A stretch of 63,996 nucleotides of DNA, counting the filler, from Globobulimina sp. (taxonomy: Eukaryota): NCBI GenBank assembly GCA_003354225.1. It is 7 parts of 7 records of this genome, joined end to end, with 100 filler letters (N's around TTAATTAATTAA, not from the genome) between each part and the next. Parts side by side here need not be neighbours in the genome. Positions count along the whole stretch, not along the records: positions 18,579 to 27,757 come from PIVH01000050.1; positions 27,858 to 37,019 come from PIVH01000051.1; 5 more parts are not named here. One strand, 5' to 3'. Under the pieces are notes generated by a model. It saw only the letters and a list, made by a program, of their open reading frames with translations. It did not search any database and had not been told where the DNA came from. Position 1 is the first letter of the stretch. Each line of letters begins with the position of its first letter. Positions 21,560-34,466 of the stretch are shown one piece after another. The translations under genes were made by a program, and so were the position numbers.

Positions 21560-24500
21560 ATGAGTAAACGCACATATCCGTTTGAAAATGATGCACCAAA
21601 CAACCAAAAAAGACATAAACAAGATAATAATAAACAACCTATTTTTAAACAAATTGAACATGAATTAAATGAATATAATGAGTATGATATTATGAAAGAT
21701 TATTTTGAGTCTGAAGCATTAGTTGCTAAAATCGAAGAAATGGATTTATTTGAGGCAAATATAAGTATGGAACAGTTCATGTTACTTATATATCAATCAA
21801 CAAGCACAAGATATAGAAGCAAAGGAATTCTGCAATGCGACCCAAACCAATTATACTCAAAATTCACAGTTAAGTATTTAATCTACATTGTTTGACAGCA
21901 AAACCAGAGTTATACTTCATATTATTATATTAGAATGCGATTAACTGGATGTCGATAAAATGTCCACTACCAACTTTTAAATACACAATGCACATTGCCA
22001 TGCCAAAGCTTTCAACGACATCAAGTAACATAATTGGACGTGATTGTGAATATCTAACTAAATTTGATGAAAAAAGCAATGCATATGATTGGGATAGATA
22101 TTATGGTAAAGTAATAAAATATAATAAGCGAAATAATACGCATTTAATTGATATAGGATTTCGTAAAGATTGGGTATCGTATAACAGCAAAGTTGATTCT
22201 GGTGAGTTATCAATTATTCAAAGAGTGGATCGTAATACGGCAATTCATCCGTCAGTTATTTTTCATATTATGCAGCTAGTACCAAAAGCCTTTACAGAAA
22301 CACAATCTCTAATGTCACCTGTGTGGGCTCAGTTTAGTAAAACATTTTATGGTCAACGAGTAGATTTATGGAGAGGGCTTAAATTTGGTATGGTGCTTGT
22401 TGATACTGAGTCAACGTTTAAACCATTAACAATAACTATTGGTGATTGTTTAGAATTACAGAATGGAGATAAATTTGTATGCACTGATTTTCGTGGCAAA
22501 TGGTTGAAATGCTGCAGTATATTAAAGTTATATTTCAGTTATTTTCTCCTGACTTGGTAACTAAACATTTTTACTATACAGTTTTGCAGAATTTGACATG
22601 TATATTTCAAAGAAATATCCAACTGTTTTTTCAACGTTGGAATTAACTCAGACATACAAGCAATGGAAGCAAAAAAGAAAAGATAATAATATTTTAGTGC
22701 CAATAGTTAATAAATATTATAAGTTTGATACTACGAAGCTTCAAGTAAAAAGGTATATTTATTAAATATATATATTCGAATACTTTAAACACATTCAATA
22801 ATACAAGGCAAATATATTGTCTGAATTGGAATAATATATCACAAAAACAACAACGTAGTGTCAACAATAGATTTTTTATAATTGCTATATTTGGTAAAAA
22901 ACAAGAGAGATTTCAATTGTTTAAAGGTAGTTGGTGTAATTTAGTTGCAAAGTTTAGAACTACGTTTGGTAAGGTACCCAAATGTTTTTTTGAAAATGGC
23001 AACTTATTATTACCATTCGCTATGTGGATGGACGGTGTGAAGTGCTGGCAATTTAAATCAACGTCTTCGGAAGGTATGTATTTTGTAGGTTCTAAGTGTA
23101 TATAAAAAAATATAAATATTTTATCACTTCAGTTGTGTTACAAATGAAACCGTTAACTTTAGATGCTTCATTTTTGAACAATAAATGTTCATGTTTTCAA
23201 ATAGCAAGTTGGGATCCAAATGCTTTAAAAAGCGATATTAAAAAGCTTCTTGTGTTAAGTTTAACGATCATTATGTATCTTACTAAACACAAACAAATGT
23301 TTGTGCAGTTTTTTAGCGGAAGAAATGCAAAAACCAATCAGAATCATCAAGAACGGTAAACACTGTACTGCACGAATGTGTTTTGTGGTAAAGGTCGGAG
23401 ACCATCAGGAGTCACATCTGTGTGCAGATACAATGAAATTAAATACTCAAACTGCTTTACCATGTTTTAAATGCAAAACCAAGCAGTGTAATATGACTAA
23501 CCCTGAGTCCAAAGAACACTATTTTTTGAAATCTGCAGAAGATAGACTTGAATGCGTAGCAGTTATAAAATCAGTTCCTGACTGGAAAAGATTCGGCTAC
23601 AAGCCAGTAGCACAAAGTGATTCATCATTGATCAGACTGGGACCAGATCTAAATCAACATTTTGTTGAAGATGTAGCACATTTAACTTTAAATTTCAGCA
23701 AACAAGAATTTGAGTTTATAACAACTGAATTCATAACAGGTACTTCTATTATTTTGGAATTATACTATTTTTCATAATGATTTTCGCGAACAAAAATTTT
23801 TGTAATTCTTTTGCTAAACAACAATGATGTGGAAATGATATAAAAACAAAATAAGGACAAAATTCAAGGCTGTTTTTTGAGGATTTAGTTGATTGCATGC
23901 ATAGCAACAAAATGACTCATAAATTATATATGTCTAATTTGTGCAAAGATGGTAAATCTTTAAAAGATTTGTCATTAGAAGCAGCCGTAAATTTAATAGT
24001 TAAGAATTCAAAACGAAAAACTTTGTCAAACAAGTTAGTTTTTTGCATGTTGCATATATTTAGATTGCTTATGTTTTAGTTTTACCAAAATATGTTAGTA
24101 ATAAAAAGATTTCATGCCAAACTTTTACTTCATTGAACTGGATGAATTCAATTATATTACATTTAAACACTGGACAAAGAAAATATAGACGATGTTATTT
24201 AAAATTAGGTACAAGCTGGTTGAGGGCAGCTGCGCAACTCGGGGTGAAGGTTTCTGCGAAAAACAGAGAGCTTTCAGAATGGAGTCACACAAAATGTCTG
24301 ACAAAGAAATTAGGGTTTACGCGTTGTACTATACATAATATATTTCATGCTGTTCAGTCTGTACGTATTTATGATAATTTAGTATTGTATAGTTGTAAAT
24401 CGTTTGAAGCGGGGAATTCATTTATTAAACATGCAGTGCAACATCCTGCTGAAGTTGATGCAACATACTCAGATTCTATTTCTCGAAGATATATATTATT

Positions 24501-25387
24501 CTATAAGATTTTACTATTAATCTTAGGTGGAATGTGGAATGCAGATCATCAATTGTGTTTGGATATTGAAAATGCAAAATATAAACTTCCTCGGAAATAT
24601 TTAGTTGCATTGTTAGCACGAAATCAAAAACATGATAGTCTAAACTGGATATCTAGATTTGTTGAACATAAGTATCATCCCTTAAGTTTAGTTTTTATTA
24701 TAATAATTTTAATTTTGTTTTGAAAATTATACAAATGAAAAACTTTTTATAAGATCCACGGTTTACAATTGACACCGTTGAGCATAAATCAAACTGGTTA
24801 TTTGAGGAAAAAAAACACCAATTTCACAGCGTAAATATTGATCCAGTTCGATTTTTACGTAAAATATTGAATAAATTAAAACTGACATTAGAGAAAGTAA
24901 TATATGTGAAAAAAGCACAGAAAATCACATGGAGCTGTTGTAGCAAAGTATATGATTCTCAAAGTTAAATCAACATTTTATTTTTCTATTTTTGAGTCAG
25001 TATAAAAATTTAAAATATAATATTGTTCTAAACATAGTTGGTCAGTATATATCATTCCAGTCTCCACTAGAAGATTTTCAGAATGAAATTTTGTTAATAT
25101 CAATGATTTTTGAAATAAATTATATGATTTCAAACTCAAACTCACTCAGAAAACAAACACTAATATTTGGGAAAAAAATTGAGTTTCAAAAAACAAAGGT
25201 GTTGACAAGATACGGTAAATTAAGTAACAAAATGATATGTATTGAACCAGAAATGTTTAATGCGCCAATATATTGTTATGCTATGAAAAATATGGTTTAT
25301 GTATGTGGATATACTGGAAATAACACTGAAATGTTCTATGATACAACAGACGATTTATATTCACAGTTTATTGAGTCTACTGACTAA
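21560..25387 (+). mobile_element. Multi-exon DDE transposase-like gene of CACTA/En-Spm (Plavaka-like) type; exon boundaries not fully resolved
   Basis: Collinear motifs across intron-separated ORFs: LPFAMWMDG (D1), VGDHQES (D2), PCFKC, EDVAH, IHNIFH..VRIYDNL..SCKSFEAGN (HxxxH..E). No terminal inverted repeats found. Confidence 0.65.
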
Positions 25388-25723
25388 CATTATTGCGTTT
25401 TTTTTGATGTTTTTCATTATTTTTGATGTTTTTCAGTATTTTTGATTTTTTTAATTTGATGTTTTCATTATTTTCAGAGAGATAAACCATCCAACCATCC
25501 TCTACCATTTCTATCTGATAACTTACCTACAGAGGCCTTCATCTATTTGACACTTATAAAGGTGGTAGAAATATTGCCAAGCCTTGAATTGTATCAATCT
25601 CATTTGATAAGGTGTGAACTGTATAGTTTCATCATCAGCTTCATCATCATCTAACTAATTCTTTCTAAAGAGAAGGAATCTGGCACATTTAATCAATCTC
25701 ATTTCACTTTGGATGAAAATTGA

Positions 25724-25811
25724 ATAATCATGGAATGTTCCAAAATAAACGGAAATAAACGGAAATAATCATGGAATGTTCCAAAATAAACGGAAATAAT
25801 CATGGAATGTT
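25724..25811. repeat. Short tandem repeat (AATAATCATGGAATGTTCCAAAATAAACGGA), about 2.5 copies
   Basis: Direct reading. Confidence 0.85.
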
Positions 25812-26198
25812 TTTTTGTTGGCAAAACTAGTGTATTATTTCAGTCGAATTATGATAAAAATATACTATGTTGAGATTAGCAGCTGAGATTTGTTGCATAA
25901 CTATGAAGCTTTAGTGCTTTTGTAATTTTATCAGTTTCATGATGCATGAAAAACAAAAAAAAGCGCTGACTCAAGACTTTGAATGTCACCCAATCAATCA
26001 TAATTTTATATACAACCCCTTTAATTGGTCGGACTTTCTGCACGAACAAAATGTTACATTAGAGTTTTCCTATTTGACCTTGATTTTGCTCATGATCAAC
26101 TTTTTTTAATCATTTGTGAATTGTTAGAGAAAAAGCTTAAGCTGTTTTGAACCTATAAATGTATTGAAAAAATGTATATATTAAAAACACCACAAAAA

Positions 26199-26331
26199 AC
26201 TCAGCAAAATATGAATATAAATCAACTGTTGTATCATAGAACATTTCAGTTTATCCACATACATAAACCATATCTTTCATTGCATAACAATATATTCGCG
26301 CGCATTAAACATTTATAGTTCAATACATATT
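26199..26331 (-). repeat. Inverted, diverged copy of the 3' end of the transposase-like gene (about 25235-25377)
   Basis: Reverse complement ATATGTATTGAAC..AATGTTTAATGCGC..TATGGTTTATGTATGTGGATA..ACTGAAATGTTCTATGATACAACAG matches, with an internal deletion of about 12 bp. Confidence 0.9.
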
Positions 26332-26790
26332 ATTTTTTTCGTGTTGCTATAGTGATGGATGTCCATGACATTACATCCAGTTTGTTTTTGTTGTTGAGGT
26401 AATGGATGACCTCAAGTTGTATCCATTAAATCCGGTGCCTCTACGCACCCATTCACATAAATAAAATAATGCAGTGCCGGGTCTGCGGTTGAATCAATGA
26501 TATTTTCTTTGTATAATAATGATTTCGAATCAAATAAAAAGGATGCGTAATCTCATTATTATCGCCATATTTCTGTACCACTGCATCCAGCTCCTTCCAT
26601 TTTGTTTATTTCTCTGTTTTGCTTTGGTCAAAATATCTCGCCGTAAGTGCTAAAAAAATGGATCAAACTCTTTCCAATATTTTAATTTCAGCGTATTTTT
26701 GGGTTTGTTATAAAGAGTTGGGTTTGTTATAAAACCCTTGTTCATTATGGTTGGGTTTGTTATAAATCGCAATCTCTGTCAATATCCTGT

Positions 26791-27757
26791 TCATTGCGTA
26801 GATTTGACGACATTTTGTCCTCCAAACACGTTTATATCGAGGACAATCCCTTCGGCCCCAAATATGGACCAAGCGATGGTAAAATCTAATATGAAGATAA
26901 CAAAAACGAAAAAAACAATTATTAATTTATAGTGAAAGGATAAAAAATAAGTACAAAACCTGCTGTTGTTGAGAAGGGGCCACATATTTTTATTGTGGTA
27001 CTATCAAATAATAGCTCTGTCGATACGCCATGGAAATAAATGCCAATATCTGAGTCTTGCATCATTTCCCCATAACATTCCACACATTCTCTCAGATATT
27101 TGCCCCAATGATAATATGCAGAATGGCGGGTTTTTAAAACCTCACTGGTTTCATACGGACTTATTTTCCTAAATGTACTCGAAAACGTGTTACTATGCGC
27201 ACTAAAATTACAGTAAAACATTAATGCCATTATATGATGGATTAGAATCGGCGAATCTTGTTTTATATCATACATCTTCTCCGCCCATCCATGTCGATAA
27301 TATTCAGAATCTGGATCTATATATTCACTTTGTAGAGGCGGCGCATTTTTATCATTTTGCCAATTATGTAATTGAATGGTTGCTTTCTCCAAAATATCAC
27401 AATATTGAGACAGGGAAAAGGGACTCCATTTATTGTTTAATAGTTCGGTCTTAAAATTTAAATATTTGCCATAAACGACCCAATCTCGAATCAAATATCC
27501 CGCATTGCCTTCAACTGTTGGTTGGCCACTATCCATTTTATATAAAATATTCCATTGTTTATTGCCATTTTTTTGATAATAGGAATGGTAAAAGAACCTA
27601 AAACCATCACTATATATTTTGGATGTTTGTTGTTTTTCAAACCGAATACTTTTAAATAATTGCTGTAATTTGTTATTATTAAATGTAAGAAATAGATTTG
27701 ATTCTTGTTCGACGCATAAATCATTGTAAATACTATCTGTTTCATATTCTTGTTTCT
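26791..27757 (-). CDS. Hypothetical protein with ADP-ribosyltransferase-like C-terminal motifs (5' truncated; intron about 26889-26959)
   Basis: LMFYCNF..FSSTFRK, YFHGVS, GPFSTT, then next exon FTIAWSIFGAEGIVLDI. The frame appears open toward the contig end. Confidence 0.5.
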
Positions 27758-27857
27758 NNNNNNNNNNNNNNNNNNNNNNNNNNNNNNNNNNNNNNNNNNN
27801 NTTAATTAATTAANNNNNNNNNNNNNNNNNNNNNNNNNNNNNNNNNNNNNNNNNNNN

Positions 27858-28205
27858 CTCCGGATTCCTGCGGAGGTGAAGTGTGAGGATGAGGAGGTTG
27901 GGAGTGGCGGTAAGGAGAAGGAGAAGGAGGAGGAGGACGAGGAGCAGTGTGTTCGTGGCATGGCGAGCAAGATGAATTTGTTTTTTTTGCCGCGGGTGCA
28001 ATCCAACAAGTTGCAGTTTGAAAATGGTTGCATGGAGCTGCGGAATCAGATTATTTGTATGGGCAAACCGCAGACGATTTCGCAGTCTCATTCATACAAA
28101 CAAACGGAGAGAGACTGGTTTTCGTTTTCGAAAAAGATCTGGAACATTTTGACCAATGCTCCCAATTTTATTGAGTATCGAGGAAATCAGAATCATAATA
28201 CATAA
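27858..28205 (+). CDS. 3' end of a hypothetical gene (acidic stretch), 5' truncated
   Basis: GC-rich open frame from the contig start, followed by an AT-rich intergenic region. Confidence 0.45.
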   Translation, partial: LRIPAEVKCEDEEVGSGGKEKEKEEEDEEQCVRGMASKMNLFFLPRVQSNKLQFENGCMELRNQIICMGKPQTISQSHSYKQTERDWFSFSKKIWNILTNAPNFIEYRGNQNHNT

Positions 28206-28601
28206 ATAATATATCAGTTGTTCACATCTCTAAAGCAAAAGAAATTAAATATATATATTATTGGAGAGGAGAGAAATATATATATATGTTATTACAGCCA
28301 TTGCAGTGCATGTTTTATGTGGTTACAATTTTACAATTTTCCTGTTATTTTATTTGGAGCAGACATTATTCAAAAATAAATATAAAAAAATAAATTAAAA
28401 AAAGATGTGATTGGATGTCAGATTAAAAAAGAAAGAAAACAAAAAACAAAAAAATGTGTTTCGTTGATTTAGTTGTTTACATGTTGCTAAATTAATATTT
28501 GTCGATTTAATTTTTTTTATTGTTTGGTTTGTCCTTTGATGCAAAATGAATAATTAATAATAAACTTGCAGTCTGACAGTAACACTAAACACTGGTTTTT
28601 C

Positions 28602-31092
28602 ATGGCAGACTCCTGTGATGACGGCAATTTCGAGTTTAATGCAATATGGTGGTACGCAGCCATTGCAGTCAGCACAATTTGCTTATTATATATTTTAATT
28701 GATTACTTTTTGAATTCCAAAATTCGCCGCAATCCATCGTTTTTAATGATATCTCGTGCAATATTTGATTACATCGCAGTAATAATCGTATTCTATGCAA
28801 TATCGACAGACCGCATCTCCTGCGAACACACCCAGCACAATTACAAGATTTGTCAATTTTGGGGTGCTTTATTTCTATTTTCTTTATATGTCCCGGCCGT
28901 GTATTATGCATCGATTTGTGTCCAGTTATACCTGACTCTACGAAACCCCTTTCGAGCACCCTCATCTCACTCATTCTCATTCCATTTCGCAGTATTATTG
29001 ATATGCTTTTTTGTAGTATTATTTGTAGCCACCGCAGGCAATCACGGCGAAGGACAGTTCGAATACAGGCCAGCATTCCAGATTTGTTTCATGAAACAAA
29101 GAGACGGTTTAAACGGATGGAACGTTGCTGTCATATACATTCCAACCTTCTTCCTCGTCACCGGCGGCATCTTTGCCAATCTGTGGAGCATCAAACAATT
29201 AACCCGCCGCATATTGGACGACACCTTCGAACTTCGCTGGATTGTCATCAAGACACAAACTGCCATCATCACATGCTTCACTATCAATTATATCTTGCAG
29301 GGCATTAATTGGATAATACTCTTCGATAAATCGGAGAAAACACCCAAATATGACCCCTACATTCTATCCGTATTCTGCTTCATTGCCATTGTCTTTGATG
29401 CTCTTACCTGGCTCATACGGAACGTAGTCCTGGCTCGAAACACTCAGAAAAGCAACAAACGCTCCAACATTGCGCTTACTGCCACCACAAAGAAAATAAA
29501 TAACATATCGGACGCCTTACGCAAAGAGGTCATCACATTTATCACTGCGGGCTTGGCTCAATCAGCTACGCTTAACTCCTCCAAAAACGTCAAACGACGA
29601 CGTAAACGGTCCGTAGGTGCACGGAATCAGAATGTCGTTGATGATACGGGCTCCGCCGGCTCCCTTAATGGTCCACGTAAACGATCCGATGTGGCGGCCC
29701 AGTTATTATCTGAGAAAACGCCAACAGAAATTACCTGCGAGAAAATTGGAAATTTCTCTCAATTGTTCCGTCCGCATGTCACCGAAAACTATTTCCTAAT
29801 GAGTGAGGATGAAAAATCGGATCACGACATTTTTGAGGAAGCGATGGTCGCTGTCGGAGGAACAAAAGCAGTGATGGTCAAATGTGAGTTGGCCTCGGCT
29901 GCAGCGGAGGAACAGAAGCAGTCACTGCAGGATTATATGGCTACGGATAATACAGATATATTATCAGATAAGTATTATCCCACCAACATTGATGGTCAAT
30001 ATCAGGAACATGTAATTGAACAATATCCCATTGGCTCGGTGGGGGCGGAACAGACAAATGTTGTGTTTACGGATTATGCTCCAGTGATTTTTAGCTATTT
30101 ACGGCGGAATGTGTATGGTGTTACAGATGAGCAATATAAATTTTCTATATTGCCCGATAAGGACGTTAGTAAAGTGTCTTTGGCGTTGGTTGCGAAATTC
30201 AGTGAAGGTATTTTGCTTTGATTTGATATTTTAAGTTTACATTTTGCTGTAAAGTACAATATTAATAGGTCGGAGTGGTGCTTTTTTCTTCTTTACCCAG
30301 GATATGAAATATTTGATTAAGACATTGACCAAAGATGAAGCTCAATTGTTGTTAACCACATTGAAGCAGTATACACTTTATATGGTGAACAATGCGGAAA
30401 CATATTTGTCAAAATATTTCGGACTGCATTCGATTTTGTTATATTCACATTCGATATACTTTGTAGTGAATAAGAATGTGTTTCCATCACTGTATAAGCC
30501 ACCAAATGAGACATATGATATTAAGGGCAGTTGGGTCGACAGACATACACAGCACCATGTTATCGATAGGAAGTTGATGAAAGATTCAGATTTACACTCG
30601 ACATTGATTTTGAATGAACGGCAATCAGCAGCAATGCATCAACAGTTGGAGGCGGATACATTGTTTTTGAGCAGTGTCAATATTATGGATTATTCACTTT
30701 TGTTGGGCATATTTTATACCAAAGTGCATAGAATGGCCACGGATAGATATAAATCGGTGATTCGTTTGGATATCAATGAGAACGAAGAATTGAAGCAAGG
30801 TCATGGTGGCGACCATGGTATGGATTTGAGTGATTACAATATTTATGACAGTGTTTATGTGGAAGGACCCGGGAGATATGTTATTGGCGTCATTGATATG
30901 TTACAGAAATGGGATTGGAATAAAAAAACGGAACGGTTTGTAAAAGGATTACGCGGTAAAGACAGAAATGGTGTTTCTTGTGTTCCACCACAGCAATATC
31001 AGCAACGATTTATGAAGAAAATGCTTGAAATTGGAATTGGAAATGAGGACAGTCAGGACACAGAAAATGACGGTTGTCAGTATAATGTATAA
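28602..31092 (+). CDS. GPCR-PIPK: 7TM receptor-like domain fused to phosphatidylinositol phosphate kinase; exons 28602-30207, 30269-31092
   Basis: Seven hydrophobic segments with cAR-like features (CQFWGA, LRNPF). Then FTDYAP..F..LR, FSEG|RSGAFFFFTQD.KYLIKT, YDIKGS, KDSD, IMDYSLLLG, GVIDMLQ, SCVPP. The 61-bp intron restores the GRSG loop. Confidence 0.92.
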
Positions 31093-31151
31093 TATTTGTA
31101 CATATAATATTTTTAGTATTAGTCCAAATAATTATTATGGATATGTTTTTT

Positions 31152-34100
31152 TTATTCGTTATCAGTGCTTCTGTAGTGGGCTAATTCACTTGTTTTATCT
31201 CGTTGCAACATTTGATCGTATATCGGGCTTGAAAACCGTGGTTGTAACTTGATTTTGTTGTGTCTTACTCTGCAATATATTATGCATGCAATAGTAATAA
31301 TTAACACAGCGATTCCTGTTACTAATACAATGGGTGTCGTTGACCATGCATTATCTCCATTGTGTCTTGCTTTTAAATAGTTATTCAATTCATTGTAATT
31401 AATTTTTATCCATTGAACATTCATATAAATATTCTCCAGTGTCTCATTCAATTTTAATGCTGAGTTATTGCCCAGGTCACTGTTATTAAAATAAAAACTA
31501 AATACTTTGTTATAGCCATTGATTGAAGAGAAACTATCTGCAAATGATATCATTGTATTCTCTGCAAATCCATACAACTCTTTCCATTTTAAACCACCAT
31601 TTCTCATCAAATTATCCCACACTAATTGTCTGCCATAACATTGTTTGAATGAACTCAATCCCCTCAATATTTGTTGCACGCTCAAATTGCGATTGCTCAA
31701 CAGAAAGGTTATTGAATTTTGTGTTAAATTATAATCTCTATAAACAGCACCAAATGAATTTAATATGACATTTTGTAAACTATCATTCGATATAAATGTA
31801 TGCATAATAGCCTCATAAATATATGGATCCAATGTTGATAAAGCAGCAGCAAATAATGGCTCAATTAAATTGGAATCATCAAAACTATCTAAATCGATAT
31901 ATGTTCCATTGTTAATAACATCCAATATAATTTGATATCCATTATGAATGGTATCACTGTCTCCAAATATTATCATCGCAGATATCAAATCCGATCGTAA
32001 TCTGCTTATTTCCTCCGAATCAGATAAAGAATAATTATAATTCCATCCGTTCACATCATTTAATAGCGGTGATAATAAATCGATTGCATATTTACGAAAA
32101 TTGGCTCGTATTTCATCATTAATATCATCTAATCCACATAGCATACTATCGATGGATATAAGTGAATTAATTACAATCTCATGCATTAAAAATAATGGCT
32201 CATCCATAGAAACATTATATTTATGTTGCAAGCATACATTGGATACAAATTGCAAATATGTTATTGGTGAAAAATAACCAGATAACATTTCTTGATATAA
32301 ATCCGAAATAATATTAAATTGATTTAAGTCCGAAAACAGATGAAAATTATTTGATATCATTTGAAATGAATAATTATCATAAATTACACGAAAATAATGT
32401 CGCATTTCGGGATTAAACAAATAATATTCTGTCTTTTCATTGTCGCTATCAAAATATCTCTCAATTTCAAAAGTTATATTCTTTCCACTCATCAATTTAT
32501 TTGCAAACAAACCATGTTCGAACTCTGTAAGCATCCCATTATAAACTTGAATTTGTATCGGAATTTGCCATATTTCTGCAGCAAATAAGTGTGCTTTTTC
32601 TTCATCATAATATGGATTGAACTCTTTATTTTTCTCTTCATCGAAGAATAGTGGTCCTTCCTTGACAAATCTTTGTTGTTTCAGTGTAATTTCAATCTTA
32701 TTATCTTCAATTTCCTTCATTGTAACAGATAAAAGTGGAAAACCAGCGTTATACAGCCATGGATGCATAAACTGAGAAATCAATTCATCACCAAAATAAG
32801 CATCAAATTCAAGCAATAAATCCTCAGAAACTGCATTATCACCTTGCCATTTTGTTAAATAATTTCTCAATGAATCATAAAATACCTCATCACCATCACT
32901 GATATCTCCTTGTAATAACCTCAAATAATTACGTAAATGATATAAAATAGAACCCGCTTTATCATACACAATGCCATCATAAACCTCCCTTATTTGCTGT
33001 GGAGTTAATACATTCCGCACAATTGGTCGAATAAATATTGATGCATCACTGCTTAGCATGATTCCATTCATATTTGTGACATAGAAATGGTACCATGGAT
33101 TTAGTTCATTTTGCGTATATTGGTTTGCAATGTATTCGAAATATGTGGCAAAGCCTTCTTTTAACCAAATATGATTCCACCAACGATGTGTGACCAAATT
33201 GCCAAACCATTGGTGAGCTATTTCATGTCCGATTATTCTGGACACACTATTTAAAGAGTTGACACTAGCAACAGATGCATCTATTAAAAAACGAGTGTTT
33301 CTGTATGTGATAGCTCCGTAATTCTCCATAGCTCCGAACTTATAATCTGTGACACAAATTGAATCTAATTTTGGCAAAGGAAAGTTATGAGAAAAAAGCT
33401 GGCCAAAATATGGAAGTATTTGTAATGACTCATTGAAGCCATACTGTGCGTATTGTGCATTGGAAGAGTATGGAAAATATACAGTTTGTAACACATTTTG
33501 AGTGTAATTAGTGTGGGATGTATATGAGAAATAGTTATAATCACAAAGTGCAAAGAAAACTAAATAGGTTGACATTATTGGAGTTTGTTGAAATGACACA
33601 TGTTTACATAATGTTGATGTATTGCCGTTATGTGATGTATATAAACATTCATATTCATTGCTTATATTTGCAAAGATTTTTTCATTTATTATTGGCATAT
33701 TTGATATTGTTAAGGCATTAATTGGTGCGATGTATGAAATATTAAATGTTGCTTTAAAATCTGGTTCATCCCAACAAGGAAATGTCCAGCGAGCGTCAAT
33801 TGGGGCAAATTGAGTGACTGCATTTTTTATGATGATATTATTATATTCGTATTGCGATAAATAAAATCCATCATAACGATCGGTATTAAGAACACCGCTA
33901 TAAATCATGTATAATTTGATATTATTATTGGTGTTGTTGATAAATGTGGATACATTATAATTGGTTAAGTTTATGAAATTGATGCTATTTATTTGTGTTT
34001 TAATGTTATACGATTGAGATCTAGATACGTATTGAAATGATGATAACGTTGAGTTTATGTCAAGTTGAATCTGACTGATATTAATGGATCGACCTTGGTT

Positions 34101-34328
34101 AAATTGAATGAGAAATGGATTATTCATAGTTGTGTCGTTAAAATGGCGTGGTTTAATAGCTAATGTTATGTGAATCCATCCTTTAAATGTTAATGTATCG
34201 AAATTTGGATGAATGGTAATATCATAATGTGTTGGAATTATAGTTGTTGGTAAACGATACTGTTCAGATATAGAGTGATTGATAAACGCTGCAGCAAGCA
34301 ATGACAAAATATTCAATGGCCAGTACAT
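31152..34328 (-). CDS. M1 family aminopeptidase N-like zinc metallopeptidase
   Basis: YRLP..P.HY, FPCWDEP.FKATF, TPIMSTYL, GAMEN, HEIAHQWFGN..WLKEGFA, YDKAGS; signal peptide and C-terminal TM. Confidence 0.97.
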   Translation of the reverse strand: MYWPLNILSLLAAAFINHSISEQYRLPTTIIPTHYDITIHPNFDTLTFKGWIHITLAIKPRHFNDTTMNNPFLIQFNQGRSINISQIQLDINSTLSSFQYVSRSQSYNIKTQINSINFINLTNYNVSTFINNTNNNIKLYMIYSGVLNTDRYDGFYLSQYEYNNIIIKNAVTQFAPIDARWTFPCWDEPDFKATFNISYIAPINALTISNMPIINEKIFANISNEYECLYTSHNGNTSTLCKHVSFQQTPIMSTYLVFFALCDYNYFSYTSHTNYTQNVLQTVYFPYSSNAQYAQYGFNESLQILPYFGQLFSHNFPLPKLDSICVTDYKFGAMENYGAITYRNTRFLIDASVASVNSLNSVSRIIGHEIAHQWFGNLVTHRWWNHIWLKEGFATYFEYIANQYTQNELNPWYHFYVTNMNGIMLSSDASIFIRPIVRNVLTPQQIREVYDGIVYDKAGSILYHLRNYLRLLQGDISDGDEVFYDSLRNYLTKWQGDNAVSEDLLLEFDAYFGDELISQFMHPWLYNAGFPLLSVTMKEIEDNKIEITLKQQRFVKEGPLFFDEEKNKEFNPYYDEEKAHLFAAEIWQIPIQIQVYNGMLTEFEHGLFANKLMSGKNITFEIERYFDSDNEKTEYYLFNPEMRHYFRVIYDNYSFQMISNNFHLFSDLNQFNIISDLYQEMLSGYFSPITYLQFVSNVCLQHKYNVSMDEPLFLMHEIVINSLISIDSMLCGLDDINDEIRANFRKYAIDLLSPLLNDVNGWNYNYSLSDSEEISRLRSDLISAMIIFGDSDTIHNGYQIILDVINNGTYIDLDSFDDSNLIEPLFAAALSTLDPYIYEAIMHTFISNDSLQNVILNSFGAVYRDYNLTQNSITFLLSNRNLSVQQILRGLSSFKQCYGRQLVWDNLMRNGGLKWKELYGFAENTMISFADSFSSINGYNKVFSFYFNNSDLGNNSALKLNETLENIYMNVQWIKINYNELNNYLKARHNGDNAWSTTPIVLVTGIAVLIITIACIIYCRVRHNKIKLQPRFSSPIYDQMLQRDKTSELAHYRSTDNE

Positions 34329-34466
34329 GAAGTTATGAACTTTTAATTAGTGATCATTGCAAACGGGTTTTGAAATTCGAAAGGGAGTGGGTACAATTTT
34401 TAGTGTTTGACATTATGCTTAATTCGTTGTCGGTTGTCAACGCAACGTCAAGGGTCATGAGATTAA

